A DNA stretch of 64,000 bases. It comes from Parasitella parasitica NRRL 2501. Lineage: Eukaryota; Fungi; Mucoromycota. Positions 58,131 to 64,000 of the stretch are shown in pieces. Below the pieces are notes generated by a model. It searched no databases. It was not told where the DNA came from and saw nothing but the letters and a program-made list of their open reading frames with translations. Positions within the stretch are counted from its first letter, which is position 1, and every line of letters begins with the position of its first letter. The DNA is taken from the NCBI GenBank assembly GCA_025201805.1, contig MU619373.1, positions 6,037 to 70,036 on the forward strand. The letters are read 5' to 3'. Made by a program: the position numbers and the translations under genes.

Positions 58131-58275
58131 CAAAGCACAATTTACCATATATAATTCCGCGTAACCATGATCCATCTCCACTCCGGTTTAAATGAGAGCA
58201 TCTTGTTTGCTGTACACCAAATAAAAATTCTTTTCCTTTTTTTGCAAATCGATCTTTCTTTCTTCACAAAAAAAG

Positions 58276-59903
58276 ATGGCATGGAAACAAAGCTTTTTAG
58301 CAGCGATATGCTGTACTTTGATACATCTTTTATCGGCTCAAGATAATTACGTTGATAATGTTAGCATTGGTAAGAAAAACACTGATTTCTCGGCGATCAA
58401 TGTTGGATGTTGACGTCTTCCACGCAGATGCATCCAATGGCTATGGGTTCACTGTCCAATACTTTAGCAACTATAAAGTGGTCGAGAATCTGATTACAAA
58501 TGAAAAGTATGCTCTAGTGTGCTGTAATCAATCGTTAGCCAATTACTCTTCTGCTGGTTATCATGCTGTTGTAAATACTCCCCTCAGCAATGTGGGTGTA
58601 GATACTGAATTAGATAGCCTTCCCTTCTTTGAGCTTTTGAATCTTGCTGATGTTGTGAAATCAGCAAGCCCAAGCGCCAATGTCACCTCGCCCTGTTTTT
58701 CCGGTGTCTCTGATGGCCCAAATACAACGACTACTACTGTCATCGATGCTATCTTCACAGCTCAGGCCAATAATGCTGGTGTAGATACGAAACCGCAATA
58801 TATTAGTGTTTCTGCAGACAGTGAAACACTCTCGCCAATTCAGGTATGTAGCTCATGACCCTTATCATCAGACTTTTGCCTAATATATAAACTGTGCTAG
58901 CAATCAGCTTGGATTATTTTCATTGCACATTTCTTTGAGGCCGAGCAAAGGGGATTAGACATTTATAACAAGATTGCAACCAGCTATAAATGCCACAAGT
59001 CTAACTTGGCTCAGTCTGGAAGCAAGAATATTGCTTGGACGACTTACGATGCTGTGAATAAGGCTTGGACGCTTCGCTACGATAACTATACAAATGGACT
59101 GGTTCGAGATGCTGGTAATGATGTATATTAAATGGAGAACAGCACGACATGTTATTAACACTATCACACACAGGCATGGAATTGGTTGGAACAAATAATC
59201 AGACAACCACCTATTCGAACTTGACCTTGTTTCACAGTGCTCTTGAAAATGCAGAGTTCATTATCGATGATTCTGCTGCAGCAAATTTCAAACCAGATTT
59301 CGCTTACGGAGACTGGCTCTCTGCAGGCGGCTTTAATCCCAACACGAATTCCTATGCATTTTTGACAACTCAAAACGTATATCGCACCGACAAATTGATT
59401 AGTAAAGCCGGGTTTTCTGGTGAGCCCGAGTGTGTAATATTACTACAAACTCTAAACCTAATTAATTATTTATCCGTCTAGACTGGCCAATTCGTCATGC
59501 AGCAAGGGCTGACCTTGCCATTGCGGATGTCATTCATATGGTGTATAATACGTATGAGCCGGATTACGAGATGACATGGCTTCGTGCCTTTGCCCAAATG
59601 GGCAAAACTGAATTCGTTTCAAACAGTACGTATCCTAGTTGTACAAATCCTGCAGAAAGACTTGCTCTTGACATTTGTTCGCTCGAATCCTTCAAGCCGA
59701 ACACTACTGTGGACACGACGCCTCATAGATCGTCTAATCCCAATGTTCAATCAGGGCTTTCAACTGGAGGCAAAGTAGGCGTGGCAGTCGGTGTGGTTGT
59801 TGGCGTGGTTGCTATTGCTGTCGTCAGTGTATTTGCTTATAGAAAACACAAGTATTCAGCTAAACCACAAGAAGGTACCTTCTACAGAATGAACGATGTT
59901 TAG
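58276..59903 (+). CDS. Type I membrane protein with periplasmic-binding-protein (TroA/BtuF-like, CBA1-like) ectodomain, multi-exon
   Basis: Signal peptide MAWKQSFLAAICCTLIHLLSAQ; FTVQYFSNYKVV, SPIQ|QSAWIIFIAHFFEAE, YKC, IAWT, LVRDAG, DW...ARADLAIADVI; single C-terminal TM followed by RKHK. Confidence 0.72.
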
Positions 59904-60394
59904 TTGTAGCACTAGTGCGTTTGACATTATAATTTGTACATATCCTCCCTAACCCCCCTCCCTTTATTTCTTTTTTTTTTTTCAGTGTTATTAAAACCGA
60001 CTGCTTAAGAGCGTCTTTGTATGGATCAGTTAATACGTGAAAGGCTGCTTGATGCGCATGAACAATAAATTAATAGATTAAAATCAGATTTGCTCTTGGT
60101 CAGTGGCCTAGAATCAAAGTCCAGAGAATTGATCCAGAGGTATACCGCTCTCCACCAATGCTCCTAGTTTATTGACGGTGGAGCCCGGCCATTGATTTTG
60201 TCCTGGGGGCAAAAGGTTTGTGTAGCATTATTTAGCCGTATCCGACGGATATTAAAAATGCAATCAACATGATCATTGTCCAAAGGGAGAGAGGGCCGAT
60301 TATAAGTAAAAACAATTGCAAGACATACGACTTGAAACCTTCTTTCTTTCACTCTTTTTTTTTTCACTTTTTATTTTTAAATCACAAAAGGAAA

Positions 60395-61169
60395 ATGCTC
60401 AATAATTGTTGTTTCTGTATCAACCTCAGGTAAATGTCATGAGAAATCTTTAAAAAATATATATATATATATATACAAGATGCTTATCTATAGGAAATGA
60501 ATAGAACTGCTACGCTTGTCTTGGCAGTATTGGGTGCCATTACCCACCTTTACGGTGCCATGACGTTAACAGCCTTATCTGATGAATTCCAAGACGCTGA
60601 TACAGGTGCTGTTCTTGGCCTTACTGCCTACTCGTATCTTTCGGGATTCGCTTGTTTAGCTGGCGCAGTTGGCGTAGTAAAGGTATTGTTTGTACTTTAC
60701 CGCTTTGCTTCTTGTCCGCAGCTTACTAACTAGAGCCTATTAGAACAATGTTAAACACCTTCGTTTCTTCAACGCTTACTACTGGGCAGATTTAGCTTTA
60801 CACACCATGTTCTCAGTAGCTAGCGCACTAATGCTTTTCAGTCTGCATACTGATATCTGTAAAGAAATTGTCAGCGAAGTTAAAGACGATGAGCTTGATA
60901 TGAACACCTGTGAGCTTGTTTATATTCGTGGTGCATGGCTGGTAACTATTGCCATGGCAATCAATATGCTGTTGAAACTTCACTTTGCGTTTGCCATCCA
61001 TTCGTACACCAAGCGAGTCAAGCAAAACATTGACGAGGAGGAGTCAATGAACAGTGTGATTGTTGCACCTTATCCTGTAGCTTATATTTCTGAAAAGGAG
61101 CAGCCTATCTACGTTGCTGGACAAGAGTATATTCCTGATGAAAAGAAGCAGCAAGCTGTAGAACATTAA
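60395..61169 (+). CDS. Four-TM membrane protein with N-terminal CCFC motif (tetraspanin/LAPTM-like topology); 3 exons
   Basis: MLNNCCFCINLR|TATLVLA..., four hydrophobic segments, Cys pair in the large loop, PDEK near the C-terminus. Confidence 0.75.
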
Positions 61170-62089
61170 TTCAGCTATCCAAACCAACTCAAATTAATCT
61201 CATTTCTCTTTGTATGCTTACTCTTTCTACTCGTCCCTCCCCCCCTTCTTTTTTTTTAAAGTTACCACAAACACAGCCCCGTTTTCTTTCATCATTTATA
61301 TGCATTATTGTATATTGTAAAGAATAAAAATTGATATATTCAAGAAAATACGATATTGACGTTTTATCTTTTGTTTATCTTGGATTATGTATTTTGTTGA
61401 TTTGTACGTCATTGTGCTGCTATTTTTAACAGCTATGATAGAATAGAGTGCTTAATCAACTTTGTAAACCACTATAAACAACAGAGGGCCCTAGCTCATT
61501 ATTTAATATGCGTAGTCAAATTGCTATCTGTAATTGGCAATAAATTTACATTAAAATTCTCCCAATGCATCTCGTATAAAATACAAAATGTGTAAAAAGT
61601 CGATTCGATGCGTACATGAGCATCAATCAAAGAAATGATTCATTCGTTTCTAAATGGTGTAATAGCTTGCAGGTTTTTTTCATGGCTTGTAAGCCTCTAA
61701 TATCCATTGAGAATGCAGTAACTGTTGATACCTGACTAATTACTATTACAAATACCTGAAAGTTGTAAATAAAATATCTCCTATATTCTCTTTAATATGT
61801 GCAAATACAGTTCTGTTATGTGTCAAGGCAATAAAACGCAGCAATAACTTTTTATAGTTTAAAAAAGAGTCTTCGCTTTTTATAATCAAAGCATATGTAC
61901 AGAAATAGCTAATTATATGTTTGTTAAATTACAATGAAGTCTCTCGAATAATTTTTTTTTTTTTCATTTTTTCCGCTTTATATTCATGTTGATGTCGAAA
62001 AAAAAAAATTCAGGCATATTGAGCAGACCTAAAATTACAAAAAAAATAAGCTTGATTAACAATATAGATGAATAAATATGCTTTTCCCG

Positions 62090-62540
62090 TTCGATGCCAA
62101 TACTGCCTCGTATCACTGGAAAGTGTCTCGAAGGCCATCCAAGGCGCATCTTTCAGAGAAAATTGTCAACGGCTACTTGGGTAAAGTAGTTGCAAGCTGC
62201 AGCTCGTAAAATACGACCGTTTTCCTCTTTAAAGACGAGTTTTTTCTAGAATCATAGCTTTGACTAAGCCTGCAGGCCACTCTCTTTAGAAAGCTACAGT
62301 GTATCGCTTGGGGAGTTACCTGGCGTGAGAATGAAAGCATTGGCTTGAGCTTTAGCAAGCAAAGTTACAGCGCGGAAAATACTGACCTTATGAGGCAAAA
62401 ACCAATAACCTCGACTAATGATCAAACTAGCATCATAATAAAGCCCCTACAACTTCAACCCGGGATATGCTACGCTGCAATTGCGGTTGCAATGTTGTAT
62501 GAGTTGGAGCATTGTCCGCCCCGATCTTTAGCTCATATTG
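62090..62540 (-). pseudogene. Possible decayed non-LTR retrotransposon ORF1 fragment
   Basis: Broken minus-strand frames give EENGRILRAA... and ALDGLRDTFQ*YEAVL, resembling the LxxGLxxxLxxYGxVL segment of L1-like ORF1 proteins; many stops. Confidence 0.25.
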
Positions 62541-64000
62541 AGATTTGCTTTCTTGAATCAAGCTGTTATTGTCTTCGAAATAATAAATTCGCTGAACGAA
62601 ATGGCTGAAACCATGATCAGCAATTAATATGATTTATGCAGGAATGTACGACCCACGTGTGATGGAATCCTTTCCATATATTATATACTTCCATTGGGAT
62701 AAACAAACATAATTTTCACACAATAAATCTCCTGCTAAACTGTTCAGCAACCATCGAAATGGCAAATCAAGCATTATTCATTTACAGTCTTTTTAGCGTT
62801 TCTGAAAAAAAAAAAGATAGAGATCATGGTGATGGTGATAATGATTGTTAGGCTTTCTGATAACAAAAACCTTTTATTTTCTGATAAAAGCTAAGAAATT
62901 TTTTGAGAGAAGAGATATGTCTCCCTAAAAAAGATGTTAAGTGGCGATTTCTATATGTAAAGAAAAAGAATGATTGCTTTGGTTCATTCATGGTGAAAAT
63001 ACATAGAGAATGTGTTGTAAAATAAGCTATCTACTGTACATCATATACGGATAGAATTACACGAATGGGTGTGTAATCCTGATGGCAGAAGCTGCCAGAT
63101 CAACTGAAGGTATAAGAAAATGCCAGACAAGTACCAAGCAGGGTTCTCTATATCCAGTTGCATGGTAGAACTCTACGCAAAAGCCAACTACGTAGATCTT
63201 GAGCGGCTTTTTTTTTTTTTTTTAAGTGTGCTAATGTCAGAAAAAAAGACAAAAACTGTAAGAAAACAATTTTTAGCAATCTCAAACACAAAAACAAGTA
63301 ATTCAAAATAATTTATTAGCTTATAAGACATCGTTTGATTCCGCATTTGCATAGTTTAGAGCAGGTTTTTGTACTTTTTAAGTTGACATCAGATGAAGGC
63401 AGCGACTTTCAAAAAAAAAAAAAAAAAAAAAAAAAAGTATTTTTCCAAAATCGGAGCGTGAGATCGTCAAGCCAGGTACACACATGAAAGTACTACCATT
63501 CGAAAGCCAAGAAGCACACCATTTAATAAACTAGGTTTCGATTGTTTCTCTCTTGCATTAGGTAAGATATTGCTTCTCAAAGCTAATGCTTTCTTCAAAT
63601 AACACACACACACACACACCATGTTTTCTTTGATATCGGAGATTAAACGCGTCCAAAATTAGGAAGAAAAAATTCTTTCAGAAACTACATTTGGACAATT
63701 CGAAAAACAAAATTACTCCTTTGAGGCAAGATATCATCCTCTTGACACTATGCATACCACGGCTGTCAGTCTATGATAATAGCTGTCTTTTTGGGCGCTC
63801 TACACGATGGTATCATTTTCATAATACCCGTATCTTTACGGAAGGAATTATGTTGAGAAAGCCTCAAAAACAGATCAAGAGGGAAAAGTCAATATTTTGC
63901 TTAACCAGAGCGCATTTCCAGTCTTTCAGATCAAGGAATGACCTTTTACGATCATTTTCCTCCAATATATGCTATAGTAAAAAGTTGCATTTTTGGGGTC

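Overview
AT-rich eukaryotic DNA with short GT-AG introns; gene content and style suggest an early-diverging fungus, most likely Mucorales (inference). I support about 21 protein-coding genes. They include a NagD-like HAD-IIA phosphatase, a TMEM242/Aim11-like protein, an Msn2-type C2H2 factor, a SAM-polyQ-HMG-AT-hook factor, Rpr2, a WWE-like protein, an SLC35A nucleotide-sugar transporter, a PITH protein, ERG6, Ste12, a Zn2Cys6-polyQ factor, an ankyrin protein, a Kin1/MARK-like kinase, a DUF4203 membrane protein, a Rom1/2-type RhoGEF, a KCTD-like BTB protein and a CBA1/BtuF-like surface protein. There is also a decayed Crypton-type element, microsatellites and two assembly gaps. The most unusual region is 1.2-4.8 kb. 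Once spliced, two convergent genes there both encode a catalytically degenerate SNF2 C-terminal (RecA2; Hda2/Hda3-like) lobe, and they flank a small intronless ORF ending in a DSGYSS degron-like motif. The second most interesting feature is a membrane-anchored periplasmic-binding-protein-like (CBA1-like) gene at 58.3-59.9 kb. All family assignments come from manual motif recognition; no searches were run.
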